NCBI GenBank assembly: GCA_963980675.1
Contig: CAXCBH010000001.1
Span: 1-40,123 of the forward strand
DNA from: an uncultured bacterium
GTDB taxonomy: Bacteria; Fidelibacterota; Marinisomatia; Marinisomatales; UBA1611
DNA: 40,123 bases
Direction of reading: 5' to 3'
Shown here: positions 1 to 9,000 of the stretch, in pieces
Layout of the letters: each line of letters starts with the position of its first letter
How positions within the stretch are numbered: position 1 is the stretch's first letter
The notes under the pieces: model-generated
What the model was told of the DNA's origin: nothing
What the model saw: only the letters and a program-made list of their open reading frames with translations
The model's database searches: none
Program-made: the position numbers and the translations under genes

Positions 1-1636
1 TCGTTGTATCCGGGAAGATTAAAATTGTATTGAATTCCCGGCCATCACCCACAAGAAAGACTGATTTAACTGAATCAAAATCCTGAAAAAGATTCTCGAT
101 TTTTTGAGGCGCAATGGTTTGGCCTCGACTATTTTTATATATATCTTTTTTCCGGTCGATTATAAAATAATGTCCATCTTTTTCTTCAAAAATGTCTCCT
201 GTGTGAAACCAGCCATCCATAATTACATCCGAATCATCCTCCTTATAATAACCATCTGTAACGTAGGAACCTTTCAGACATAATTCTCCATCATAAGCAA
301 TTTTCAATGTTATTCCCGGGAGAGCTATTCCAACAGAATCGATGATATATTCGGTGGGTGGCGTCATGGTAATGCCGCCGGTAGCTTCTGTCATACCATA
401 TCCGCTCAAAACATTCACGCCATGGGATTGATAAAATTTAAAAATATCAGGATCTAAATAACCTGCCGCTGATAATCCCCATTTTAAATTTCTACCCGTG
501 ATGGATTTTAATTTTGTCTCTATGGTTTCATTATCTTCAGAATCCATGTCTAATTGTTTCTCCAACATTTCGTAGAGTTGAACCCACCGCTTTGGAATAC
601 TTATAAAAATCGAAGGGTTCACTATGGGAAAATCTTTTAACAATGAATTAAAAGCGGGTGATTCGGCGAAAGAATAGGTCGCTCCCCAAAAAATGCTGCC
701 CATCAATTCGAAATATCGTCCAAATGTATGAAAGAGTGGCAAATAACAAAGAAATATATCCTCCGAACCAAAATCAGGTAAAGCCAAGGCCCGGGCAAAT
801 CGTTTACTGATAATATTACTCTGATTAAATGTGATTCCTTTTGGGTTTGCGGTGGAGCCCGATGTATACATAATAGTCTGCGTGCGATCCATAGGCACAT
901 AGGACATACGCTGATCTACATCAAAATTTTGTGAACGATCCCGATTTTCAAAAAATATCTCCCAATCCATGACCTTTCCTTGGATCAAGCTTGAATCATT
1001 CAAGGCAATTACAAGAATGTCGTAGTTGTGATGAACTTCATTCCAAAGGCGAATGGCTGTTTTTCCACCCACAAAGATGTGAGTTACTTCTGATTGTTTT
1101 AAAATAAACGAGAGATGCTCGGAAGTTGAATTCAGTGGAATGGGTATTACACGAATCCCAAATGACAAGCAGGCTAAGTCCACCAAAACACCATTTAGTT
1201 GATTGTAGGTGAGAAGACCAATAACAGATGGTTTTTCCGTTCTATCTAACACAGAAAGTGCTTTTCCGGTCATTTGGATTTTTAACCACAAATCTGAGTA
1301 GGATAGAGTGTGGAGATCATCACCGCGAATCATATTAAAAACAGTTTTATCGCCATAACGTTTTGCGCGTTGCTCTATCATGGTTCCCGTATGGTATTGG
1401 GAAAGATGAATGAGCCGAACAATCCGCTCCAGCCATTCTTCGGTTACTTTGGCTTCAGTAATTATTTTTGCTACGGATTGAATATGAGCCAAGTCTAGGA
1501 ACTGATGTATAATTTTTTTATCTGGAGAATGGTCCAAACAATCATTCACCAAACGCATTAAAGCATCAGTGTTCAAATTTCCCTTGTAAGCTCGAGAAAT
1601 GGATTCGTTAATCCGGTTTTGAAGCCCTGTGTCCAT
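1..1636 (-). CDS. AMP-dependent acyl-CoA synthetase/ligase (long-chain fatty-acid-CoA ligase-like); the C-terminus runs off the window
   Basis: Not in the ORF track because it is open at the window edge. My reverse-strand translation from the ATG at 1636-1634 is stop-free down to position 2. It contains the AMP-binding motif YTSGSTANPKG, then GYGMTEATGG, GWFHTGD and IIDRKKDIYKNSRGQTIAPQKIE, the adenylate-forming core motifs in canonical order. Confidence 0.85.
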   Translation of the reverse strand, partial: MDTGLQNRINESISRAYKGNLNTDALMRLVNDCLDHSPDKKIIHQFLDLAHIQSVAKIITEAKVTEEWLERIVRLIHLSQYHTGTMIEQRAKRYGDKTVFNMIRGDDLHTLSYSDLWLKIQMTGKALSVLDRTEKPSVIGLLTYNQLNGVLVDLACLSFGIRVIPIPLNSTSEHLSFILKQSEVTHIFVGGKTAIRLWNEVHHNYDILVIALNDSSLIQGKVMDWEIFFENRDRSQNFDVDQRMSYVPMDRTQTIMYTSGSTANPKGITFNQSNIISKRFARALALPDFGSEDIFLCYLPLFHTFGRYFELMGSIFWGATYSFAESPAFNSLLKDFPIVNPSIFISIPKRWVQLYEMLEKQLDMDSEDNETIETKLKSITGRNLKWGLSAAGYLDPDIFKFYQSHGVNVLSGYGMTEATGGITMTPPTEYIIDSVGIALPGITLKIAYDGELCLKGSYVTDGYYKEDDSDVIMDGWFHTGDIFEEKDGHYFIIDRKKDIYKNSRGQTIAPQKIENLFQDFDSVKSVFLVGDGREFNTILIFPDTT

Positions 1637-1721
1637 AGGAGAAATTAATAGAGAGTCTTAATGAAAATTGAAGACAAATTGATTTATAAATAATATTTAA
1701 GTTTGAATCCATTACATTTAT

Positions 1722-1736
1722 ATCCTTAGTAAGGAT
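1722..1736. promoter_or_regulatory. 15-bp perfect palindrome (ATCCTTA-G-TAAGGAT) in the divergent intergenic region; candidate operator
   Basis: Read directly from the sequence. It lies between the divergently transcribed ligase (minus) and HD-GYP (plus) genes. No cognate regulator was identified. Confidence 0.2.
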
Positions 1737-1845
1737 TTAACACTTTAAACAGTGAATAATTTTTTTTATTAATTCAATAGAATTTTTCAAAAAATAATAT
1801 AGTTAACTAGCTTAAAATAAATACTCTCTTTTTACCCTCTATTTA

Positions 1846-1854
1846 TGGTATAAT
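1846..1854 (+). promoter_or_regulatory. Candidate extended -10 element (TGGTATAAT) for the HD-GYP gene
   Basis: Matches TGnTATAAT and ends 37 nt upstream of the ATG at 1891, in an AT-rich spacer. I found no convincing -35. Promoter rules for this lineage are unknown. Confidence 0.3.
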
Positions 1855-1890
1855 TTTATGTGTCTTAAATGTAGGACATAGAAGATATTT

Positions 1891-3495
1891 ATGGATGCAT
1901 TAAACAGAATCAAATTTTTAGAAGACCGGCTTCATCGCTTAAGCGAGATTGGTATGGCCCTTTCCACAGAAAAGAATACCGATCGTTTGTTTGAGATGAT
2001 TCTTGAAGAAGCCAAGGCGATTACTCGTGCGGATGGCCAAACTCTCTATTCTATGAATAAAGATGGGAACTTGAAATTTGAAATAATGCGTAATGATACC
2101 ATGAATATAAACATGGGGGGAACATCTGGGATAGAGATCCCATATTATCCAGTTAAACTTTGGATCGATAAACAAACACCCAACAAACAGAATGTTTCAG
2201 CTTATGTTGCACTCGCTCAAAAGACAGTCAATATCCATGACGCGTACGAAGAAGAAGGGTTTGATTTTGAAGGGACCAAGAATTTTGATGAAAAATCCGG
2301 TTATCGTTCCAAATCCTTTTTAACGGTTCCCCTGAAAAATCATGAAAATGAGATCATTGGTGTTATGCAGCTCATCAATGCTCGGAATGACCACGATGAA
2401 GTCATTTCATTCAACGATGAAATGCAGGAACAGTTAGAATCATTGGCATCTCAAGGTGCCGTGGCTTTAACTAATAAGCGTTTGGTGGAAGAGCTAAAGA
2501 CTCTTTTCGAAGCATTTATCAAATTGATTGCCACCGCAATTGATAAAAAATCTGAATATACTGGCGGTCATTGTAATCGTGTACCGGTGATTACCATGAT
2601 GCTTGCAGATGCGGTGGCTGAAATGACTGAAGGAAAATATAAAAATTTTTCCATGGATGAAGACGAACGATATGAGTTATATATCGCTGGCTGGCTCCAT
2701 GATTGCGGGAAAGTGGCTACACCACCCCATGTGGTGGATAAAAGTACCAAATTGGAAACGATCTTTGATAGAATCGAATTAGTTAAAACAAGAATGGAAC
2801 TGTTGAAGCGAGATGCGGAAATCGCTTTTTTAAAACGGCAATTGAATGGTCAAGCCTCGGATAATTTTGATGATGAATTCAAAGGAACGATCCGGCAGAT
2901 AGACGAAAATATGAGCTTTTTAGAGAACTGTAATGTTGGTGGTGAATTCATGAAACAGAACCTACAGGAACGTGTGAAATCTATTGGGGAACAACAAGTC
3001 CATTTATATGGAACAGACCAAAATTTTCTATCAAAAGAAGAAATAGCTAATTTGAACATTCCTAAGGGAACACTTTTGCCAGAAGAAAGGGAGATCATCA
3101 ACGACCATATTGTCATAACCATCGAAATGTTGGAGCAGTTACCCTATCCCAAACACCTAAAAAATGTTCCGGAATTTGCCGGAGGCCATCATGAAAAGAT
3201 GGATGGTACCGGTTACCCCAAGGGGTTGAAGGCCAATCAGATGTCAACCCAGGCCAAGATAATGGCCATCGCAGATATTTATGAAGCACTTACTGCAGCG
3301 GATCGACCTTACAAGGATGGAAAAAAATTATCTTCTGCCATGCGCATTATGGGCTTTATGAAAAACGATTACCATATCGATGTGGACTTATTTGAGATTT
3401 TTGTGAAATCTGGAGTCTATAAAAAATATGCGGAGGATTATGTTGCCAAAACGCAGATTGATAATGTGGATGAGGAGGTTATCCTGGAACCATGA
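1891..3495 (+). CDS. GAF-domain HD-GYP protein (putative cyclic-di-GMP phosphodiesterase/signalling protein)
   Basis: 534-aa ORF. The N-terminal part is GAF-like. The C-terminal part has the HD motif (WLHDCGK) and GGHHEKMDGTGYPKGL, the HD-GYP signature. Confidence 0.9.
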   Translation: MDALNRIKFLEDRLHRLSEIGMALSTEKNTDRLFEMILEEAKAITRADGQTLYSMNKDGNLKFEIMRNDTMNINMGGTSGIEIPYYPVKLWIDKQTPNKQNVSAYVALAQKTVNIHDAYEEEGFDFEGTKNFDEKSGYRSKSFLTVPLKNHENEIIGVMQLINARNDHDEVISFNDEMQEQLESLASQGAVALTNKRLVEELKTLFEAFIKLIATAIDKKSEYTGGHCNRVPVITMMLADAVAEMTEGKYKNFSMDEDERYELYIAGWLHDCGKVATPPHVVDKSTKLETIFDRIELVKTRMELLKRDAEIAFLKRQLNGQASDNFDDEFKGTIRQIDENMSFLENCNVGGEFMKQNLQERVKSIGEQQVHLYGTDQNFLSKEEIANLNIPKGTLLPEEREIINDHIVITIEMLEQLPYPKHLKNVPEFAGGHHEKMDGTGYPKGLKANQMSTQAKIMAIADIYEALTAADRPYKDGKKLSSAMRIMGFMKNDYHIDVDLFEIFVKSGVYKKYAEDYVAKTQIDNVDEEVILEP

Positions 3496-3821
3496 ATCAT
3501 TTAACTTCATTGAATAATAACCAATTGAAAGAACAATTAATATCCCTCATGGATACTGTGGTGTACTATTTGAAAAATGAACCTGATGTGGACAAATTCC
3601 TAGATGAAACGGATCTTTTTGATGAGTGGGAGGAAGCACTTCCGGAAGCAGAATACCCAATTTTTGTCATTGCTGTATTGAATAATACACGACGGGATGC
3701 CATTATGGATACAATTATTAATGCCATCTTAAAAAAAGATGATCACTCTAATCATCCCAAAAAAAGTTCATTCAAGCCCGAGGCAGCAAGATCCCACGTT
3801 GGAGAACATCCTTTCAATTGA
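3492..3821 (+). CDS. Hypothetical small acidic protein
   Basis: 109-aa ORF whose ATG overlaps the HD-GYP stop (ATGA at 3492-3495), suggesting translational coupling. I recognise no family. Confidence 0.5.
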   Translation: MNHLTSLNNNQLKEQLISLMDTVVYYLKNEPDVDKFLDETDLFDEWEEALPEAEYPIFVIAVLNNTRRDAIMDTIINAILKKDDHSNHPKKSSFKPEAARSHVGEHPFN

Positions 3822-3869
3822 TTAATTCCCAGATTGTTCTCATCAATCTCTTGAATTAAATTTGCTTCT

Positions 3870-5663
3870 ATGACACCTGATATTGCTATTGTAATTGGCT
3901 TACTTGCCTTGGGGTTTATCCTATTTGTGACCGAGATCTTCTCAATCGATGTTACAGCCATGATTCTCCTCTCTATTTTGTTCTTGTTTGGATATTTGAC
4001 TCCGGAGCAAGCTATCTCCGGTTTTTCAAATCCTGCAGTGCTCACCATTGCTTTCCTGTTTATTTTGAGTCATGCTCTCCAGAAAACAGGTATTCTTGAG
4101 TATCTTGTTATTCGGATCAATAAGATTGCAGACCGCTCCAGACTCCTGGGAAGAGCTGTTTATTTATTCACCATTGGTTTGGCTTCAGCGGTTGTGAACA
4201 ATACAGCTGTAGTTGCCATTTTTATGCCGGTAACAATTCGGTTGGCTCATAAATATAAACTGAGCCCATCCAAAATGTTGATACCATTGAGCTATGCTGC
4301 TATACTAGGTGGTACGCTCACTTTAGTGGGCACATCCACAAATCTACTGGTGAGTTCAATTTACGTTTCTGAACCAAATGTTGAACCCATGGGAATGTTT
4401 GAATTTGCTCGATATGGTGTAATTCTAATGTCCATAGGATTGCTCTATATTCTTTTTATTGCGCCCAAATTACTACCATCTCGAACTGTCACATCCAGTT
4501 TAACAAAGAGTTATCACCTGGGTGGATATTTGACTGAAATGAAAATCACGGAGGAGTCACCATTGGTGGGGACAAGTTGTTTTGACCGTGGCATCAATAA
4601 ACATTACGATGTGATGGTTTTAGACATTCTTCGTGATGAGAAAATGATCACATCCAATATTCGCCAGACAATACTGAAAGCAGGTGATATTCTGTTTGTC
4701 CGGGGAACGCTGAACAATTTTCTCAGCATGAAGGAAGTGGAAAAAATTACTTTATTAACTGACGAAAAATTGACGCAACAGGAGTTAGAAAAACAAGATA
4801 ATGTATTGGTGGAATGTTTGTTGACAGAAAAATCGGATTTGGTTGGCCATAGTTTGATGACGTCAAATTTTCGCCGGCGATTCGGCACATTCATTCTAGC
4901 AATCCGTCGAGAAGGTGCTATTTTTCGGAAAAAGGTTGCACATGTCGTGCTCCAAGCATTTGATACGTTTTTAGTATATGGTCCATCCAATAAGATAAAT
5001 GAATTATCCAAAGGCGGAGATTTTATCGTATTGGGAGAAGTGAAAGCAAAATTGCGAAAAAAACGATTCTGGTGGATGTCCATTGTGGTTGTTTTGGGAG
5101 GGATTGGATTGGCCGCTGCGGGCATCATGCCAATCATGAGCGGAGCCATGATCGGTGTTGTCTTATTACTGGCTATTAAGGTTATTACACCCCAGGAAGG
5201 ATACCAATCTATCCATTGGCAAGTGATTGTTCTTATTGCTGCATTGATTCCGGTAGGTATTGTTATCGAATCATCTGGTGCAGCAGAATGGTTAGGCGGT
5301 TTTATTTCTACTGCCGCACGTATGGCTCCTATTGAATGGCAAGCGCATGCACTTTTAGCATTGATCTATTTGATTACCATGATCTTGACAGAAGTTTCGT
5401 CCAATGCTGCAACAGCAATTATTATGACTCCCATAGCTATAGCTGTAACACAGCAAATGGAATTTGAACCTAGAGCATTTATTTTTGCCGTGGCATTTGC
5501 AGCATCTGCTTCATTTATTACACCGGTTGGATACCAAACCAATTTGATGGTCTATGGTCCGGGTGGATACAAATTCAGTGATTATATCCGAGTTGGATTT
5601 CCATTGGCATTGGTATTTTGGATCTCCGCTGTTTACTTTTTACCGATTCTTTGGCCCATTTAA
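3870..5663 (+). CDS. SLC13/DASS (CitMHS-like) anion permease with two central TrkA-C (RCK C-terminal) domains
   Basis: 597-aa polytopic ORF. Hydrophobic N- and C-terminal halves flank a soluble insert containing two TrkA-C-like repeats (DVMVLDILRDEKM...GDILFVRG and FILAIRREGAIFRK...FDTFLVYG). Confidence 0.85.
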   Translation: MTPDIAIVIGLLALGFILFVTEIFSIDVTAMILLSILFLFGYLTPEQAISGFSNPAVLTIAFLFILSHALQKTGILEYLVIRINKIADRSRLLGRAVYLFTIGLASAVVNNTAVVAIFMPVTIRLAHKYKLSPSKMLIPLSYAAILGGTLTLVGTSTNLLVSSIYVSEPNVEPMGMFEFARYGVILMSIGLLYILFIAPKLLPSRTVTSSLTKSYHLGGYLTEMKITEESPLVGTSCFDRGINKHYDVMVLDILRDEKMITSNIRQTILKAGDILFVRGTLNNFLSMKEVEKITLLTDEKLTQQELEKQDNVLVECLLTEKSDLVGHSLMTSNFRRRFGTFILAIRREGAIFRKKVAHVVLQAFDTFLVYGPSNKINELSKGGDFIVLGEVKAKLRKKRFWWMSIVVVLGGIGLAAAGIMPIMSGAMIGVVLLLAIKVITPQEGYQSIHWQVIVLIAALIPVGIVIESSGAAEWLGGFISTAARMAPIEWQAHALLALIYLITMILTEVSSNAATAIIMTPIAIAVTQQMEFEPRAFIFAVAFAASASFITPVGYQTNLMVYGPGGYKFSDYIRVGFPLALVFWISAVYFLPILWPI

Positions 5664-5665
5664 AA

Positions 5666-6052
5666 ATGAAATTATTTTTTATCATCGCTACAATAGTATT
5701 TGCGCTAAACTTTCTATGGAGTTGTGTAAAAAGTAATCCTGAAGCCATTCCAACCCTAAGTAGTCATCAAGGTGAAAAGTTGTTATCTAATCATAATTAT
5801 ATTTTCATTGATGTGCGAACACAACAAGAACACGATACGGGCCATATCCCCAATTCGACCCATATTCCCGTCAAGTCGCTGGAGTCAAGAATCGATGAAA
5901 TTGAAAAATTCAAAGAAAAGAAAATTGTTGTGTATTGCCGTAGCGGAAACCGATCTTCAAAAGGAACAAAAATTTTAAATAAATATGGGTTTGAAGCTAT
6001 GAATTTGGTTGGCGGTATGCTTCAATGGAAAGGACCGGTAGAAAAGAAATGA
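5666..6052 (+). CDS. Rhodanese-domain sulfurtransferase, probable lipoprotein
   Basis: I prefer the internal ATG at 5666 (MKLFFIIATIVFALNFLWSC, lipobox-like) over the track start at 5618, which would overlap the transporter gene. The active-site loop is VVYCRSGNRSSKG. Confidence 0.85.
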   Translation: MKLFFIIATIVFALNFLWSCVKSNPEAIPTLSSHQGEKLLSNHNYIFIDVRTQQEHDTGHIPNSTHIPVKSLESRIDEIEKFKEKKIVVYCRSGNRSSKGTKILNKYGFEAMNLVGGMLQWKGPVEKK

Positions 6053-6228
6053 TTATTCAATTCGCAAAAATATTAGCCGGAGGTATAATCGGGTTTTTAT
6101 ATTACCAATTCATTGGATGTAATCAAGGGTGTGCGATTACTGGTTCACCTATTAACAGTACAATTTACGGTGCAGTGATGGGAGTGATCCTTGCATGGCC
6201 GACAAACAAATATGGGCAAAAAAAATGA
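6049..6228 (+). CDS. Small two-TM membrane protein with a GCxxGC motif (DUF6132-like, rhodanese-associated)
   Basis: The ATG at 6049 overlaps the rhodanese stop (ATGA). The sequence YYQFIGCNQGCAITGSPINSTIYGAVMG resembles small Cys-motif membrane proteins found next to rhodanese genes. The family name is recalled, not searched. Confidence 0.6.
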   Translation: MIIQFAKILAGGIIGFLYYQFIGCNQGCAITGSPINSTIYGAVMGVILAWPTNKYGQKK

Positions 6229-6611
6229 AATATGGTTTTCAACGAAAATTAGAAATAGACTTTGATGAAGCGGATTCAAAAATTCGTGATTCCCTAAAAG
6301 ATCAAGGATTTGGTGTTCTTACAGAAATAAATGTTACCAATGCTTTTAAGGAGAAACTTGGTGTTGATTTTCGTAAATATAAAATTTTAGGTGCTTGTCA
6401 TCCTCCAACTGCCCACCAGGCATTATCTGAAGAATTGGAAATTGGGTTATTGCTTCCGTGTAATGTAACTCTTTGGGAAAATGAAGATAAATCCACCACA
6501 CTTTCTGCAATTAATGCCAAAGAAATGTTGTCAGTAACAGCTCGAGATGATCTAGATGAGTTGGCAAACCAAGTGAATGACTGGTTACAAAAAGCCATTG
6601 ATGCCGTATGA
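6225..6611 (+). CDS. DUF302 domain protein
   Basis: The ATG at 6225 overlaps the previous stop (ATGA). KILGACHPPTAHQAL...IGLLLPCNVTLWE matches the DUF302 pattern as I recall it. Confidence 0.8.
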   Translation: MKYGFQRKLEIDFDEADSKIRDSLKDQGFGVLTEINVTNAFKEKLGVDFRKYKILGACHPPTAHQALSEELEIGLLLPCNVTLWENEDKSTTLSAINAKEMLSVTARDDLDELANQVNDWLQKAIDAV

Positions 6612-6697
6612 ACGATTATTTATTAACAATTATAATTATTGCAGTTTGGTTTTTGGTGAACCGAGTTATACTTCCGAAAATGGGTATTCCTACATGA
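6608..6697 (+). CDS. Unannotated 29-aa single-TM micro-ORF (MNDYLLTIIIIAVWFLVNRVILPKMGIPT) ending at TGA; possible read-through to 6772
   Basis: Too short for the track. Its ATG at 6608 overlaps the DUF302 stop (ATGA), the third consecutive ATGA junction in this cluster. It has a hydrophobic helix. Translation is unproven. Confidence 0.3.
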   Translation: MNDYLLTIIIIAVWFLVNRVILPKMGIPT

Positions 6698-6777
6698 CAA
6701 GTCCCTTACCCTCAGGTTGAGGAAACAAATCGAGATATAGTGGAAACTGTCCAAATAAAAGAAGAAGAGTAAACTTT

Positions 6778-6984
6778 ATGCCAATGTATGATTATCATTG
6801 CCAAGTGTGTAGTGAAAAATTTGAAGAGTTGGTATCCTCACACCGGGTTCTGGATGCTGAAATAAAGTGTCCCAAATGTAAAAAGAAAAAATCAAAACGA
6901 ATGTTGTGTGCACCCGCATTATCAACAAATGGAAAAGACAAACCAAGTCTGTCTAATTGTGGAGCACCTTCAGGGTTTTCATGA
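6778..6984 (+). CDS. FmdB-family zinc-ribbon putative regulatory protein
   Basis: 68 aa. MPMYDYHCQVCSEKFE ... CPKCKKK provides two CxxC pairs, typical of the CxxC_CxxC_SSSS zinc-ribbon family. Confidence 0.75.
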   Translation: MPMYDYHCQVCSEKFEELVSSHRVLDAEIKCPKCKKKKSKRMLCAPALSTNGKDKPSLSNCGAPSGFS

Positions 6985-6987
6985 GCT

Positions 6988-7015
6988 AATTAACGCTGCA
7001 GTTGTAGCATTAATT
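6988..7015 (+). terminator. Weak AT-rich hairpin after the zinc-ribbon gene
   Basis: AATTAACGCT / AGCATTAATT form a 10-bp stem with one mismatch and an 8-nt loop, followed by a T-rich tract. Predicted stability is low. Confidence 0.25.
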
Positions 7016-7074
7016 TTATTAAATAAAATTTATTTGAATTTTGGCGAATACAATGATAACAAAGACTATTATAA

Positions 7075-8772
7075 ATGGATACTATTAATTTAGATAACAG
7101 TTTAACCATTCTTCATTCAAATAAAGATCACTGGGCTTTATTATCTATATCAAAAAAAATTGACTTATTAGATCAAACAATCAAACGATCAGTTGAATTT
7201 GCAGAAGATTGGGCAGCGGCGGGGTGCAAAGCCAAAGGCTTAGACCCTAATTCACCCTTATCCGGGGAAGAATGGATTGGGGGACCTTATGCATTCCTAA
7301 ACTGGATGCAGTATATGAAAAAAACGCTTCAAAAATTGAATAGTGGAAAAAGCGCAATTGATAAATTAAAAATAACCGAAAGGCCAAACGGACAAACTGT
7401 GGCGAGAGTCTATCCCAACAATTTTCTTGAAAAGCTTATTTTGAGTAATTATTATATTGATGTCTGGATGAAAGATAGTGTCACGCCAAAAAATTTAGAA
7501 GATTCAGTGGCTTTATTTTATAAGCAGCACAATCCAAATGGTAGAGTTTCACTAGTGTTGGGCGCCGGAAATGTATCATCCATCGTTCCTCTGGATATAT
7601 TCTATAAACTGTATGCCGAAGGTGAAGTTGTTATGATAAAAATGAATCCAATTAATGATTACTTGGGTCCCATCTTTGAAAAAATATTTGCACCTTTCAT
7701 CGAAAATGGTTTTATCAAATTTGCCTATGGCGGGGGAGACGTAGGTGCCTATCTAACTCACCATGATGATGTGGAGACTATTCATATCACCGGTAGCGGC
7801 CGAACCCATGATGTGATTGTATTCGGGGACGGAGAAGAAGGCCAAAGGCGAAAAAGTGAAAATAGACCTATTTTGACTAAATCCATTTCATCAGAGCTAG
7901 GCGGTATTTCACCGACAATTGTGGTTCCGGGACCCTGGTCAAAAGCAGATTTTAAATTCCAGGCAGAAAATATTGCAACTCAAAAACTTCAAAATGCCGG
8001 TCATAACTGCATTGCCACACAGGTACTTATCATGGCAAAAGAATGGATTGGCACAGAAAAATTACTCCATGAAGTGGAAAAAACAATTACCAATGCTGAA
8101 AGTCGTCCTGCTTACTACCCTGGAGCAGAAGATCGTCAAAATGCCGCAAGACAGCATCCAAAAGCAAAAGTTCTTGATAGTGGCGTGGGTCGTACCATCA
8201 TTTATGATGTGGACACCCATTTAGATGAACCTTGTTTTACGGATGAATATTTTAGTCCAGTACTTACAACTGTATCTATTCCGGGAAAGGATCCGGCAGC
8301 ATTTCTATTAGAAGCAGTCAAGTTTGCCAATGAGAAATTGGATGGTACATTAGGTGCTAATATTATTATCCATCCAAAAACCATCAAGACTCATAAAGCT
8401 ACTTTGGATTCGGCAATTGCTGATCTGAGATACGGAGGTATTGGCGTAAATACTTGGTGCGCTCTTGCATTTTTAGGTGCCGGCGCTGCTTGGGGTGCTT
8501 ATCCGGGACATACATTGGATAACATTCAATCTGGAAATGGTGTGGTTCACAATGCATTCCTTTTTGATAAACCTCAGAAGACAGTTGCCACAGGGCCATT
8601 CAGGAATTTTCCGCGATCCATCTTATCCGGTGATCTGCATATGGCACCCAGACCACCCTGGTTTGTGACTAATAAAACTGCTCATAAAACAGCGGAACGA
8701 TTAACATATCTTATTGGGACAGGGAATCTATTAAGTCTTCCGGGTATTTTTACTTCAGCACTTAGAGGGTAA
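7075..8772 (+). CDS. Aldehyde dehydrogenase family protein
   Basis: 565-aa ORF with the catalytic-Glu region SSELGGISP and the catalytic-Cys region NAGHNCIATQ in ALDH-superfamily order. Confidence 0.85.
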   Translation: MDTINLDNSLTILHSNKDHWALLSISKKIDLLDQTIKRSVEFAEDWAAAGCKAKGLDPNSPLSGEEWIGGPYAFLNWMQYMKKTLQKLNSGKSAIDKLKITERPNGQTVARVYPNNFLEKLILSNYYIDVWMKDSVTPKNLEDSVALFYKQHNPNGRVSLVLGAGNVSSIVPLDIFYKLYAEGEVVMIKMNPINDYLGPIFEKIFAPFIENGFIKFAYGGGDVGAYLTHHDDVETIHITGSGRTHDVIVFGDGEEGQRRKSENRPILTKSISSELGGISPTIVVPGPWSKADFKFQAENIATQKLQNAGHNCIATQVLIMAKEWIGTEKLLHEVEKTITNAESRPAYYPGAEDRQNAARQHPKAKVLDSGVGRTIIYDVDTHLDEPCFTDEYFSPVLTTVSIPGKDPAAFLLEAVKFANEKLDGTLGANIIIHPKTIKTHKATLDSAIADLRYGGIGVNTWCALAFLGAGAAWGAYPGHTLDNIQSGNGVVHNAFLFDKPQKTVATGPFRNFPRSILSGDLHMAPRPPWFVTNKTAHKTAERLTYLIGTGNLLSLPGIFTSALRG

Positions 8773-9000
8773 AATGAGATGTTCTACATGGGTTATTTTC
8801 AATTAATATATTTCATAATCTTGAAGAAGAATTAGACTTGGGAAAAGATGAGATTTTGATCTAATTGATGGCACGTCTAAGGCGTAAACTAAATTCAAAG
8901 ACTACGATTAATTATTCTTTTATTAGAGATTTCAGTTTCATATAAAAATATAACTCTTCGTTCTTAGACCAGCAGGTTTATCCCTGTAAATTCAAGGCTT

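Noticed and set aside
4604-5149. 181-aa minus-strand ORF
   Set aside because: It lies entirely antisense within the well-supported SLC13 transporter gene. The product is low-complexity and basic, typical of a shadow ORF.
5618-5665. Track start at 5618 for the rhodanese gene
   Set aside because: It would overlap the transporter gene by 46 nt and add a non-signal-like extension. The ATG at 5666 gives a clean lipoprotein signal peptide.
6025-6224. Longer track starts at 6025 and 6195 for the small membrane protein and the DUF302 protein
   Set aside because: The ATGA-overlap starts at 6049 and 6225 remove unlikely charged extensions and give a consistent coupling pattern.
6908-7093. 61-aa ORF bridging the zinc-ribbon gene and the ALDH start
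   Set aside because: It overlaps two better-supported genes, has no recognisable features, and spans an AT-rich spacer with a hairpin.
8773-9000. Possible riboswitch or leader upstream of the MATE transporter
   Set aside because: This 228-nt spacer drew a check for guanidine/ykkC-like or other conserved RNA motifs. I could not find the conserved cores or convincing nested helices, so a covariance-model scan is still needed to exclude one.
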